The notes below the pieces were generated by a model. The model was not told the DNA's origin. It worked only from the letters and a program-made list of their open reading frames with translations, and searched no databases. This document shows positions 24,235 to 33,665 of a stretch of DNA of 59,137 nt, piece after piece (positions within the stretch are counted from its first letter, which is position 1; each line of letters opens with the position of its first letter). This DNA comes from a virus (lineage: Duplodnaviria > Caudoviricetes). The DNA lies in IMG/VR virus record IMGVR_UViG_3300023179_000118, positions 1-59,137 of that record, one strand, 5' to 3'. A program made the position numbers and the translations under genes.

Positions 24235-25244
24235 CGCGTTCCTCTATCTGGCGGAATCAAGACCATGGTACAACGGCAATGAGGATGAACGAATCCTGGT
24301 GTCTCATAGCCAATCGAGAACACGCCATTCCACTCAACTGTTTCTCCATCGAGAGGAGCGCATACTGGACAAGTTCTCTCATCTTGCGCCGTCATCCACA
24401 TCTTCATCGAAGAGGGGTCAATATAACCAGCGTCAAATGCTTGTTGCCATCCCTCGGCTCTTCCCGCTTGCTCTGCCATATTGATTTCGCTGCGAGCAAT
24501 CATGGAGGCTCGGGCGCGTAATAATCTATCTGCGTACTTTTCGGCTCTATCGGCAGCCGTGGCCCTTGCCCTTTCCTCAGAAATGCCCATTTTTGTTAAT
24601 CGGCGAATTTCTTCATTTTCAAATTTTATTACTGCCTTTGCCCAACGAGGATGTAATCCAACTATGTTTTTAATTCTTTTAGCGGTAGTTCGATAATCAA
24701 TTTGTTGGGTAAAAGCCTCGGTAATGATGTCTTGAATTGCTCTCCTTGTTAAGCCATCAATACTGGTCACTAATTGACCAGCCCGACGGGAAGCATAAGC
24801 AACAGAATTAGGATTGGTCTTATCGAAAGAAAGAGTGAACTCTGCTGTTGGCGGATTGGGGCTTGCCCATGCTGGTATCGGGGTGAAATCCATATTAGCC
24901 ATGGGCTTTGGGTTTAATATCTCTACTTTTGAAGGAAGGAAAACGGGCAAAGCAATTTTGTTACCTAATTCTTTTATTCTTTCTACTGCGTCAACTCCAC
25001 CAACTTCAATGGCTGACAATAATTGCGTCTCCACTTTTTTGCCTTCAGAATAAATGGTGATGGCATCTAAAAGTCGTCGCAAAGAATCTGGGTCAAGCGC
25101 TCCGATAATCTTTGCTAAACGCTCAACAGATATTTTGTTGCTTGCCTTTTTAATTGCGTCATACAGAGAACGCGCTAATGCTGCCTCTGATGGTGTAAGT
25201 GGGTTACGAGAACCATTGGAATCGGAGCCATTGGATATAGCCAT
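24231..25244 (-). CDS. MuF / SPP1 gp7-like head morphogenesis protein (no toxin fusion)
   Basis: RA.MIARSE, W.TA.DERTCPVC, HPHCRC; directly after portal. Confidence 0.9.
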   Translation of the reverse strand: MAISNGSDSNGSRNPLTPSEAALARSLYDAIKKASNKISVERLAKIIGALDPDSLRRLLDAITIYSEGKKVETQLLSAIEVGGVDAVERIKELGNKIALPVFLPSKVEILNPKPMANMDFTPIPAWASPNPPTAEFTLSFDKTNPNSVAYASRRAGQLVTSIDGLTRRAIQDIITEAFTQQIDYRTTAKRIKNIVGLHPRWAKAVIKFENEEIRRLTKMGISEERARATAADRAEKYADRLLRARASMIARSEINMAEQAGRAEGWQQAFDAGYIDPSSMKMWMTAQDERTCPVCAPLDGETVEWNGVFSIGYETPGFVHPHCRCTMVLIPPDRGTR

Positions 25245-25247
25245 TTA

Positions 25248-26666
25248 CTACTCCAAATCGCCGTCTAGCGGTTCCTGTCCTTCAGGTATCTCTAACTCTT
25301 CTTCTTCTGGTTCTTCTTGTACGACTTCATCCTTCATCTCTAAAGGTTCTGGCATATCAGGCATACCAAAGCCTTCGGAATCATGTTCGGCTGGTGGTAA
25401 ACCTGCCATCTCGCGTAAATAATCTTCCAACTTGGGGTCTGGAACAAGAACGCCCGATTGAGCCAACTGAGAAACAAAATTCGATATTTCTGTTAGGTCA
25501 ATATGGCTAACCTCGCCGTAAGTGAGGTATGGCAAACGAGATGTATCCATGCCATTTAATTTAAGAAGGCGTGGAATTGCGTATTGATTCATTACTTCGG
25601 CGATATTCTTCGCAATAGAATCAACGGCCATTGACCATAAATCCATCTTTGACGCACCAAGCGCATAAGAGCCAACTCGGTCAGAACCCAAAAGAATAAA
25701 GTCGGAAAGAATAGACATAGACATTCTTTGGTCATAGCGCTGAATAATCTTGTCTGTGTCGAACTGACGGCTTCCCCCAGAGGACATCAATACGAGGTCA
25801 AACATCTTGTGACCCTGCTCGTCGTACATCGACGGCATGATGATTCCCTCTTGTTCATTGCGCTTGATACTTGTCACGATAGATTGAATCTGGGCCAGAA
25901 CGGTTGATTGTTCTGCGCTCGCCGAGGAAGATAAATACTCAGGTGGTACATAGGCAACTGGCAAGCCCGCTAAATCGCGCTCAACACCGATGGCTTCAAT
26001 CTCTTCAATACGACGCTTGAAATACCAAGGGCGATACGCATTGCGAAGGATGGAGCGACCTTCTGGGTTATTTTTTTGAATAGAGGTACGGAATAATAAA
26101 GACTTCTCAATCGGGATGGTATGGATTCCACCTGTTGATGGGTCAACTTGAACCATCGCTTGAATTCCACCATCTTCATCTAATTCCCAACGGAAGAGCG
26201 TTTCCTGAGCGCGGATTGGCATTTTGCGCCATCCGATTTTGTTATCGTTAAATTTTGAGCGCTTCTTTGGGTCAGTTGTATCTCCACCTCGAACTTTGTA
26301 AACAATCTCGTGGTAGGAAAAACCAAATATCAACATAGAAAGAATTTGAGTAAGGGTGGCATCCCATGAATCACTCATATCGTGTAAACATGATTCGACA
26401 AATTGAGCGACTTCTTTATCCTCTGGAGTAATATCACCATCCGAGGAATCATCAGAATATGGGTCAACTCGCCATTCGAGACGAGTAATTATTTTCTCAA
26501 TCGCAAACAGCATCGACCCGATAGTTGGGTCATTGTCTGCCATCTCTCGATAGGTCTTGAAACCGCGCTGACCGCGAAGGTTGATAACAAATTCTTCAAA
26601 GACCGTTCCGCCCGAGCGTCGGAGTCCTGTTGAGCCTAACTCTTGTAAGTCGGGTTTCTTTACCAT
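25248..26666 (-). CDS. Portal protein
   Basis: 472 aa; GFSYHEIVYK, NPEGRSILRNAY..W..K, GSYAL motifs. Confidence 0.9.
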   Translation of the reverse strand: MVKKPDLQELGSTGLRRSGGTVFEEFVINLRGQRGFKTYREMADNDPTIGSMLFAIEKIITRLEWRVDPYSDDSSDGDITPEDKEVAQFVESCLHDMSDSWDATLTQILSMLIFGFSYHEIVYKVRGGDTTDPKKRSKFNDNKIGWRKMPIRAQETLFRWELDEDGGIQAMVQVDPSTGGIHTIPIEKSLLFRTSIQKNNPEGRSILRNAYRPWYFKRRIEEIEAIGVERDLAGLPVAYVPPEYLSSSASAEQSTVLAQIQSIVTSIKRNEQEGIIMPSMYDEQGHKMFDLVLMSSGGSRQFDTDKIIQRYDQRMSMSILSDFILLGSDRVGSYALGASKMDLWSMAVDSIAKNIAEVMNQYAIPRLLKLNGMDTSRLPYLTYGEVSHIDLTEISNFVSQLAQSGVLVPDPKLEDYLREMAGLPPAEHDSEGFGMPDMPEPLEMKDEVVQEEPEEEELEIPEGQEPLDGDLE

Positions 26667-26674
26667 TTCGCCCC

Positions 26675-26827
26675 TTACTCCTTGGTCATCAAACCAACGA
26701 GAATACTAATCGCTTGGTTCTCGTCAAACCCTGCGTTCTTCAACTCCGTGAACAACTCATGGCTTTGAACGGCAAAGACCCTGAGAGGCGATACATCAAC
26801 GCCAATGGTCGATGAATCGTCGTTCAT
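26675..26827 (-). CDS. 50-aa helical protein MNDDSS...AGFDENQAISILVGLMTKE (not in ORF track)
   Basis: Leaderless start 6 nt after TACAAT; L..AGF...QA motif. Confidence 0.6.
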   Translation of the reverse strand: MNDDSSTIGVDVSPLRVFAVQSHELFTELKNAGFDENQAISILVGLMTKE

Positions 26828-26860
26828 TAGGACATTGTAGCGTTTAGGGCTTTTGTCCTT

Positions 26861-27160
26861 TTATTCTCCGTCTAAGACCAATTCTTTTGAATTGAGGCGA
26901 AGGTTAGCGACCTTCAGGGCTAGGTCACGAGCAAGTTCTCTGGTACCCGCTTTACCGTAGCGACGCTCTTCAAGGATATTACCTAATTCATCAAAGTGGC
27001 GATAATAGATACTGAAAGGACATGAATCATTATCTATCTCCATCTCAATAGCAATGAATTCATTTTTATCAATTCTCATTGAGATAAACGGCAAACCTTC
27101 AGGATTAACTACAAGTTTAGCGTTTGGCAACTTCTCAACAAAGAAATTAGTCCAAGCCAT
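26861..27160 (-). CDS. Hypothetical protein
   Basis: Likely start MAWTN with AAGGGG RBS. Confidence 0.6.
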   Translation of the reverse strand: MAWTNFFVEKLPNAKLVVNPEGLPFISMRIDKNEFIAIEMEIDNDSCPFSIYYRHFDELGNILEERRYGKAGTRELARDLALKVANLRLNSKELVLDGE

Positions 27161-27211
27161 TTTTTCCCCTTTCGGATGAAAATTTCTAACCCCTATCATA
27201 CCCTATTGGGG

Positions 27212-27625
27212 TTAAAAAGGTGGGATGTCGCTCCATGGGTCGTCATTCTCTTTGGTCGATTCGTTCCTTTGGACAACATCTCCAATAGATACGCTGTGTC
27301 GCTTTAGGTCGACTCCCACGCTGAAAGCGGTTACTTCCATTCGAGACTTGCGCTCTCCCGAATTTTTATCCTCCCATGAGGTTTGGATAGCGGAGCCATG
27401 AACTACTACCCCCACACCCTTTCGTAAGGAATCTGCGACATTCTCGGCAAGTCGATTCCAACACTTGATTGTCCAGGGCGTGATGTCACTGGATTCCCAT
27501 GTGCCATCGGGTTTTTTGACCGACTTAGACGAAATGACAGTAAAGACCGCTACCGCTTTTCCGTTATTTGTGAATTTCAATTCTGGGTCTTGGGCTAGAT
27601 TGCCAACGATGGTTAGCGTGGTCAT
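27212..27625 (-). CDS. ssb: Single-stranded DNA-binding protein
   Basis: TIVGNL..DPELKFT, W..LAENVA.SL.KG, acidic DDPW..IPPF tail (actinobacterial type). Confidence 0.95.
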   Translation of the reverse strand: MTTLTIVGNLAQDPELKFTNNGKAVAVFTVISSKSVKKPDGTWESSDITPWTIKCWNRLAENVADSLRKGVGVVVHGSAIQTSWEDKNSGERKSRMEVTAFSVGVDLKRHSVSIGDVVQRNESTKENDDPWSDIPPF

Positions 27626-27891
27626 ATTTTTATCCTCTCGGGTATTACTGGTACTGGAATGATGTTATTTGTCTTTCTGATTCTGTTGCGCTCTAGCATT
27701 GAAGTTCCGCCCCAGATTCCCAAAACACGATTCTTCAATGCGTAATCCAAACAATCTATCCGATACTCACAGCGCTGACAAATTCGTATCGCTGCTTGAT
27801 GGTTGCCATCCCATTCTCGTAATTCAGGAAAAAAATAATCTGTCTCCATCCCCTCACAATTAGGATTGATAAATTCCCAAGGTTTCCGCAT
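27622..27891 (-). CDS. whiB: WhiB-family Fe-S transcription factor
   Basis: C...FFP, ICQRC...C...A, GIWGG motifs. Confidence 0.9.
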   Translation of the reverse strand: MRKPWEFINPNCEGMETDYFFPELREWDGNHQAAIRICQRCEYRIDCLDYALKNRVLGIWGGTSMLERNRIRKTNNIIPVPVIPERIKI

Positions 27892-28165
27892 CCGTACTAT
27901 CCTCTCGCTCAGCACTGACAATCAGTTTATGTGGGGAATTGGCATCTAACCTAGCCAAAATTTTTCCGTTGCGCCAGACTTTTCCCGAGGCAACTCCATC
28001 AAAAAAAGATTTCGCTGGCAATACAGTTTCATCACATTTATCCCAAAGCGGGCATCGCGCACAATAATTCAGTGCTGGTTGCGCTAAATCTAATTGGAAT
28101 TGGTCAAAGAGCCAGGGGTCAGCGCTTGAACACGGCGCTTGTGCCACAAACTCTAGTAATTCCAT
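27860..28165 (-). CDS. Second, divergent WhiB-like protein
   Basis: APC...DPWLF, CARC....C, GVASG (variant of GV/IWGG). Confidence 0.7.
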   Translation of the reverse strand: MELLEFVAQAPCSSADPWLFDQFQLDLAQPALNYCARCPLWDKCDETVLPAKSFFDGVASGKVWRNGKILARLDANSPHKLIVSAEREDSTDAETLGIYQS

Positions 28166-28269
28166 GACGGAAATACTACTCGGGTTTATCTGAATCCAGC
28201 GGAAATCTCTCGCGTGTTGCGTCAGCAAATCTTTCAAGAATTAAAGCCTTCAATAATTCTTCGCGTGAT

Positions 28270-28518
28270 TCAGGACTCTTCTTCCTCGTCGTTGAGGTGT
28301 TCTCTCTCAAATTCTTTGAGGGCGTGTTGGAGTAAGCCATATTGCCTCCATTCTGGTTGCTCACTATCAGCGAGAAGTAAAGTCCAATAGTTCTTTTCTC
28401 CACCAAACCATTCGGAGATTAAAACCCAACTCGTACAAATCGCTGGTTCAGGAAACGCTATCCGCCCAATCTCGGCAAGCGCATGGTCAATGGGGGTGGA
28501 TTCGTTCTTTGGTTCCAT
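28270..28518 (-). CDS. Hypothetical protein
   Basis: 82 aa; WVLISEW and W...GLL..A motifs; leaderless start. Confidence 0.6.
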   Translation of the reverse strand: MEPKNESTPIDHALAEIGRIAFPEPAICTSWVLISEWFGGEKNYWTLLLADSEQPEWRQYGLLQHALKEFEREHLNDEEEES

Positions 28519-28527
28519 CCCCCCACC

Positions 28528-29007
28528 CTAGTACCAGCGGTTGCCTTGATGGTGCCAAAAGTTCCATGCCCCACAGGGCGTGTCGTAGCGATGGGCGATA
28601 TACGAAAGACCCCATCGAATTTGGCCCTGCGGGTCTGCCATAAAGTCTTTAATCTCTTCTGGTGAATTGCGACTCATGTGCCGTTGAGGAACGCCATAAT
28701 CATCAGTCGGGTCATAAACTGATTCGTGATTCCAGGCTGACTCCTTACCCCATAAACGATTTAAGCAAGTCCATTGCTCGGGGGTATCCCATCCATATTC
28801 GTCTAAAAGACCTTTGGCGTACTTGCGGAGGGTTTGAGGATTCCAGTCAATTATCTCCTCGCGTACTTCATCCTTTTTATTGTTGATAACACTCAGCGCC
28901 TCGGCTGGCTGGTCTGGCGGAATGTGTAAAGGATTCGCTGCTAAGAGTAAGAGGGTGAATACCGCTACTGGGATATTTCTAAGAATTCGATTTTCATAAA
29001 ACTTCAT
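28528..29007 (-). CDS. Secreted lytic transglycosylase (SLT/lysozyme-like)
   Basis: N-terminal hydrophobic segment; CL..LW.KES.W, YGVPQ, QI.WGL.YI..RY..PC.AW. Confidence 0.8.
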   Translation of the reverse strand: MKFYENRILRNIPVAVFTLLLLAANPLHIPPDQPAEALSVINNKKDEVREEIIDWNPQTLRKYAKGLLDEYGWDTPEQWTCLNRLWGKESAWNHESVYDPTDDYGVPQRHMSRNSPEEIKDFMADPQGQIRWGLSYIAHRYDTPCGAWNFWHHQGNRWY

Positions 29008-29192
29008 CCATTCTCCTTGTTAGGGAGTGACCGCTGCTAAAGCCCGACTGGGGAATCGTCGTTGAGCGGTGGTGGTCTCCAATCCACCTGTCACTTGGTT
29101 TTCGCGTTCTTGGCTTAGAAGAACCTTTCGACTCAATCTGGCTGGATGCCATGTAATAAAGGTATCAGATTTTGATTCAGATTCAAGGTCAG

Positions 29193-29403
29193 TCGGGTGG
29201 GGGTGCTACAAGTAGCGCCATGAGAGAGGATGCGCGACGAGCAAACGACCCCACCCGATATGGGTACCACTTATAGGGTACCAGTCAACCCTATTGATTA
29301 TGCGACGAAAGGGTAAGGCGCGTCACCAATAGGGTCGAGGTACTTAGATTACCGCAATGTGCTTCACCCACCAGTAGCGCACAATGAAACTGGTGGGTGA
29401 ATC
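29193..29403. ncRNA. Candidate structured non-coding RNA(s): three consecutive long stem-loops
   Basis: TCGGGTGGGG/CCCCACCCGA, ACCCTATTG/CAATAGGGT and TTCACCCACCAGT/ACTGGTGGGTGAA inverted repeats in an intergenic gap. Confidence 0.45.
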
Positions 29404-29411
29404 TTTATTCG

Positions 29412-29825
29412 TTAATCGAGTCTGCTCTGTACGGATGCTTCAATACCGTACTTGGCGAGAACATCAACGAAGGCTCGCGCTTCCGCTTCCTTCTTATCGA
29501 TACTCTGCCCGCCCGAGCGCATCGAGACTTCGTAGCCACCGTAGTAGCCCTTGTGTCCGACACCTATTTTCTTTAGGTAGGTGACGAATGGGCCTCGCGC
29601 TGGCGAGATATTGACCCACGCGAATCCGCATAAACCTTCCATGATGTAGGTCGGTTGCTTGAAGTCGATTTCATCGCTAAGACCCACCGCTGTACCCACG
29701 AGGAACTTTGGTGGCTTGGTGTAAAGGCTGGCGACTTTGCCCGCTTCACACGCCTCTGCGTAAATCGCAGCGCACTCTTTGGGAGTGAGTTTTGGCTGAG
29801 TTTTCTTGACTGCCGTTGCTGTCAT
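29412..29825 (-). CDS. Conserved phage hypothetical protein
   Basis: CGFAWV, QS...KEA.A.AF...L, SRLD motifs; own promoter. Confidence 0.7.
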   Translation of the reverse strand: MTATAVKKTQPKLTPKECAAIYAEACEAGKVASLYTKPPKFLVGTAVGLSDEIDFKQPTYIMEGLCGFAWVNISPARGPFVTYLKKIGVGHKGYYGGYEVSMRSGGQSIDKKEAEARAFVDVLAKYGIEASVQSRLD

Positions 29826-29881
29826 TTTTAGTCCTCCTCTCAGGACACTTCCATTGTAACCTACTCGGGTTGTATATTCAA
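29826..29881 (-). promoter_or_regulatory. Early-type promoter TTGAAT-N17-TACAAT with AACCCGAGT motif and SD hairpin
   Basis: Near-copy of 1679..1731. Confidence 0.8.
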
Positions 29882-30160
29882 ATTGAATCGCGCCCTATCG
29901 GACTTTTCTTCCTCGCGGGTCATTGCCACCCGTCGACGGATTCGCTTCAACTCTTGCTCTGGGATAACCCATTGAGGCTCCCTGCGCCCAAATAAGCGCC
30001 TCAGTAGCCCCCTCATTAGCGCTCCCAAGGCAACACGATGGAGCCAACCTCTATGCCCCCCACAATCCCAAACGCTAAAAAGAAAGTTAGGACAATTAGG
30101 ACATCAATTAAACGCTCTCCGCGTCGGGTCAATCTCAGATTTTCTCTCTCTAGCCAGCGG

Positions 30161-30454
30161 TTAATCATCATTTACCTCCTCATAGGGTTTGAGAATGTCG
30201 AAGGTCGTAATTGCTATGTCGACGACCTCAACTCTGACGGTATTCGCCTCAATCATGTGTACGACAACCGCACAACGGTGATGGGGAACTTTAGTTAAAT
30301 CCGATTGATGGTTCGCAATCAAAATTGATATAGGCATCTGAAGTGAATCATCAATATCGGAAAGATATTCGGATGGAAATTTTGCTTCAAAATTAAATTG
30401 CTCGGCCTCGGATACGAGAACAGCCAAGCCTTTTGATTTAATTTGTTTTTTCAT
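30161..30454 (-). CDS. Hypothetical protein
   Basis: 97 aa; AAGGAG RBS. Confidence 0.55.
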   Translation of the reverse strand: MKKQIKSKGLAVLVSEAEQFNFEAKFPSEYLSDIDDSLQMPISILIANHQSDLTKVPHHRCAVVVHMIEANTVRVEVVDIAITTFDILKPYEEVNDD

Positions 30455-30569
30455 CCGTTCTCCTTCACTAGACCAAGTGTGAACATGGCGACATCTTTCT
30501 CACATTCTTGACAGAGAAGTTGATTCTTCACCATGACAAGTCGATAAGGTAAACCGCATCGATAACATT

Positions 30570-30992
30570 TCATACGCTCTCTGATTCCTCTCTCGATTGT
30601 TGAACCGCCTCCTCTATCTGTTCTCGTGGGAATACGAAACACGATAGGGCTGACGGTGGTATCTCTTTAGAAAGGTACACGAAACTCGTCGCATTTCCGA
30701 AGAATGACGCGCTGTGGTCTGTGCCTTCTTCCCAGAGTGTCGCATCGGTCTTGGAGGTATCAATCTCCCACACATAAATAGAATCGTGGGCGACTACTTC
30801 CATTTTTGTTTGCCCATTCTCACGGGAGATATGAGCGTGGTCGAGAAGTCTGAACCACATAAAAGTCAGCGCCCCTGCGATAGAACCAGATGCGTAAATT
30901 TCTCCCAAGTTTGAACGCAAACCCTCTTCGCTTATATTGAAGGTCGCGCACTCGGGCGCTGCGTGATACAACTTCTTTGGTATTTTTTTCAC
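30570..30992 (-). CDS. Putative Tpt1/KptA-like ADP-ribosyltransferase-fold protein
   Basis: LYH...I..EGL...IY.S...V.EID...IPP..L pattern. Confidence 0.5.
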   Translation of the reverse strand: MKKIPKKLYHAAPECATFNISEEGLRSNLGEIYASGSIAGALTFMWFRLLDHAHISRENGQTKMEVVAHDSIYVWEIDTSKTDATLWEEGTDHSASFFGNATSFVYLSKEIPPSALSCFVFPREQIEEAVQQSREESESV

Positions 30993-30993
30993 C

Positions 30994-31338
30994 TTAGACC
31001 CCCTTCACTTTGTCGTCGTATGGATTACCCGCTCTGAATTCGACGGGAACCTCTTTGATACATTCTGAGCCGACTGGGAACCAACCCATGAAACCGCCGT
31101 CTTGCGCCAACTCGTAATCTTCTGAATGAACGATGAGCGAACCACCGTCACCCACTGCTACACCGTTTGATTTTCCTTGCTTGGAAGTATCTCTTCCACA
31201 GAAAACACACTGTAAAAAGGCATGACCACCTTTGCTATTTTTTTCTTGATACTTTGGCCCGAATAAACTCTCGGTGTAAAAGGCGCGATAGGTAGTACCT
31301 GTCTCGCTATTTAATCCAGTAGTAATTTGTGATGTCAT
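30994..31338 (-). CDS. Hypothetical Cys-containing protein
   Basis: CVFC and PVGSEC motifs; GAGAGGAG RBS before MTSQ. Confidence 0.6.
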   Translation of the reverse strand: MTSQITTGLNSETGTTYRAFYTESLFGPKYQEKNSKGGHAFLQCVFCGRDTSKQGKSNGVAVGDGGSLIVHSEDYELAQDGGFMGWFPVGSECIKEVPVEFRAGNPYDDKVKGV

Positions 31339-33129
31339 TTGTTGCTCCTCTCTCATTTACAACCCCAGTTTAGACGAAATCCGCGCAATATACAATATGT
31401 AGTAATCGTGTCCTGCGTGACCCCGTGGATTTGGGTCAATTTGAGGCTTTTGCGTATTTTGGCTGTTTTAAGCCTTTCCTCCTTCTGGGCTTTAATTCCT
31501 TTATTGGAGGCTGAGGCGGTAGATACCGTGGTCAACGGCTCCTTCTCGCCCAATGGTGGGGGATGGATGGGTGCCAGATATAGCGGGGTCGGCAACGGGG
31601 CCTGTCAGGGTGGGAAACCTAATGTCGGAACCTGGGATAATCAAAACGGTTTATTTTTTTCCTACGCTCCAAATACTGTTACCCAAGAAATTATTATTTC
31701 TCAACCCGCTACGGTGCTATTGACCTACACCGCGCAAAATAGAGGTGACAATGCGGGCGCGATTGCCCAAGTAAATTTTTCTGATAGCAATGAATTAGTT
31801 ACTTCTGGTCAATGGTCGCCACCGACAACTTTGACCGAATATGGAATGAGCATTACAACAACCCAGGTGGATGAAAGTATTTTGATTGCGATTTATGGAT
31901 ACGACAATCGTGGATGGGCTGGATGTTATGGAACTATTTTCAAAAATGTTTCGCTGACGATTACTTTTTCCAATTTATCCAACGATAACAATTCTCAACC
32001 CGCGAGTGAGCCTTCACCTGTTCCTTCTCCCACTCCCACTCCAACGCCTGAACCTTCGCCTTCGCCGACTGTAATTCCTCTTCCAGAGCCGTCACCTTCT
32101 GCCTCGCCGACTCCAGAACCTTCCGTGATTCCCGAGCCAATTCCCTCAAATTCTCCGACTCCAGAACCTCAACCTTCTCCTCTAGCCTCACCAGAGGCGA
32201 ATCCTCCAACACCCCCACCATTGGAACCATCACCAGGGCCGACTCCAAGCCCTTCACCTCAACCAAGTCCGATTCCTCTACCTGAACCGCCCCTGGCACC
32301 TGCGCCCGCCATAATTGAACCCATACCCGCGCCATCTAATCCCACCCCGAATCCCGAACCAATTCAGAATCCCGAAGAACCAGACCCAGTGATGGAAGAG
32401 ATTCCCGACCAGCCATCGTCAACTGAGACTCAGACAGAATCCGATGATGATTCAGAAGAATCCATTCCTGACTCTGAATCTGTTGATGATTCACCATTAA
32501 ATGATTCCCCTGAATTAGACGACCAAAATACTAATCCCGCGACACCAGCCGATAGTGACGCTAATTCTTCTGATTTTTTGTCAGACGATATTTCAGATAC
32601 AGACTCGCAACCGCAAGACCCACAATCGCAACCAGCCATAGAATTGAACTCCAACTTGCCATCCGATGCTCCTCTCGATGATGAGGAAGAGCCTACTACT
32701 AATAAGAATACCAACCGCCTTGTGAACGGGGGTGTCGAGATTTTTGGAACCGCAACCCAACCCCAAGTAATCGGAGAAGATGGCCGACTCACGCCTCCTC
32801 CGCCTCCACCTGGCTCTGGTCTCCCTATCGACCCAGAGGCAATCACCGTGGCGGAAACTTTTATTGGGCAACCTGGTGGCATGGCACTGAATTCTCCCGA
32901 TATTGCCAAGGAGATGATTTATGAACCCGTGGACTTGCCAGACCTATTGGCTGTCGTTCCACTTTTAGGTTCTGGCGTTGAATCTCTCAATAAAGCCTAT
33001 GTCGCTCTGACCAATATCGGCGTTGACCTTGACCCATTAACACGAAAGAAGGCAAAGAAAATTATTTTGACTGCGATTATTGCTCAACAAACGATTGCTA
33101 CCACATCGCTATCATTGGTGAGGAGGTAA
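31339..33129 (+). CDS. Exported/membrane protein with Pro-rich and acidic linker (start probably near 31417-31441)
   Basis: Signal-like hydrophobic N-terminus, beta-rich domain, PSP/PTP/PEP repeats, basic-hydrophobic C-terminus. Confidence 0.75.
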   Translation: MLLLSHLQPQFRRNPRNIQYVVIVSCVTPWIWVNLRLLRILAVLSLSSFWALIPLLEAEAVDTVVNGSFSPNGGGWMGARYSGVGNGACQGGKPNVGTWDNQNGLFFSYAPNTVTQEIIISQPATVLLTYTAQNRGDNAGAIAQVNFSDSNELVTSGQWSPPTTLTEYGMSITTTQVDESILIAIYGYDNRGWAGCYGTIFKNVSLTITFSNLSNDNNSQPASEPSPVPSPTPTPTPEPSPSPTVIPLPEPSPSASPTPEPSVIPEPIPSNSPTPEPQPSPLASPEANPPTPPPLEPSPGPTPSPSPQPSPIPLPEPPLAPAPAIIEPIPAPSNPTPNPEPIQNPEEPDPVMEEIPDQPSSTETQTESDDDSEESIPDSESVDDSPLNDSPELDDQNTNPATPADSDANSSDFLSDDISDTDSQPQDPQSQPAIELNSNLPSDAPLDDEEEPTTNKNTNRLVNGGVEIFGTATQPQVIGEDGRLTPPPPPPGSGLPIDPEAITVAETFIGQPGGMALNSPDIAKEMIYEPVDLPDLLAVVPLLGSGVESLNKAYVALTNIGVDLDPLTRKKAKKIILTAIIAQQTIATTSLSLVRR

Positions 33130-33131
33130 AA

Positions 33132-33323
33132 ATGAAAGCATTTCTCTCTGACTTTCTTGGTCAGGCTTGGACTTTTCTTGGAATGTTCGTCGCCTGGATT
33201 GTTCTTACGGGAACCGCCAAGGTCATCGTCGGATATGCGATTATTGCCACGACCCTCATCTGGGCATTAACCTTTCCGCTACGACAATCTCCAGAGAAGA
33301 AGAAAAAGAAGGAGACAAAATGA
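33132..33323 (+). CDS. Small two-TM membrane protein
   Basis: AGGAGG RBS; two hydrophobic helices; Lys-rich tail. Confidence 0.7.
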   Translation: MKAFLSDFLGQAWTFLGMFVAWIVLTGTAKVIVGYAIIATTLIWALTFPLRQSPEKKKKKETK

Positions 33324-33454
33324 ACTGGTTTCATTATTTAGTTTTTTTAATTCCCGCACTTCCAGTTTTTCTTTTGTTGTTGCTTCTGCTTATGGAGCGT
33401 ATTGAAACCAACCTCGATAAGAGTCGGCCCCTGGACTTTACTGAGACTGATTAA
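33320..33454 (+). CDS. Small membrane protein
   Basis: MNWFHYLV...; AAGGAG RBS; ATGA overlap. Confidence 0.5.
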   Translation: MNWFHYLVFLIPALPVFLLLLLLLMERIETNLDKSRPLDFTETD

Positions 33455-33665
33455 GGCACAATCCCAAGATGTGCGTTTCCTCTAAATATTTCTTGGCTTC
33501 TTTTTGAGCCTCTGATTTTGTCGCTGCTCCATTGACAATGGCATTATCAAAATTGTCAGGAACCCAACTCCCGTCGAATTCCACGCAGTCTTTTTTCAAA
33601 TACGCATCCCAACCCAAATCAATATCGGTGTAATCAAAATACAAAACTGAACAACACTTTTTCAT
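33438..33665 (-). CDS. Hypothetical protein
   Basis: GGAGG RBS; overlaps the upstream stop. Confidence 0.5.
   Translation of the reverse strand: MKKCCSVLYFDYTDIDLGWDAYLKKDCVEFDGSWVPDNFDNAIVNGAATKSEAQKEAKKYLEETHILGLCLNQSQ

Noticed and set aside
24231-25244. MuF-toxin fusion
   Set aside because: MuF stops shortly after HPHCRC; the cargos are separate ORFs.
29008-29160. c-di-AMP (ydaO) riboswitch upstream of the transglycosylase
   Set aside because: The context fits, but the hallmark conserved segments were not found by eye.
29193-29403. tRNA genes
   Set aside because: No cloverleaf with T-loop GTTCRA and acceptor stem could be built.
31961-32909. Minus-strand ORFs opposite the Pro-rich gene
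   Set aside because: By-products of low-complexity sequence.
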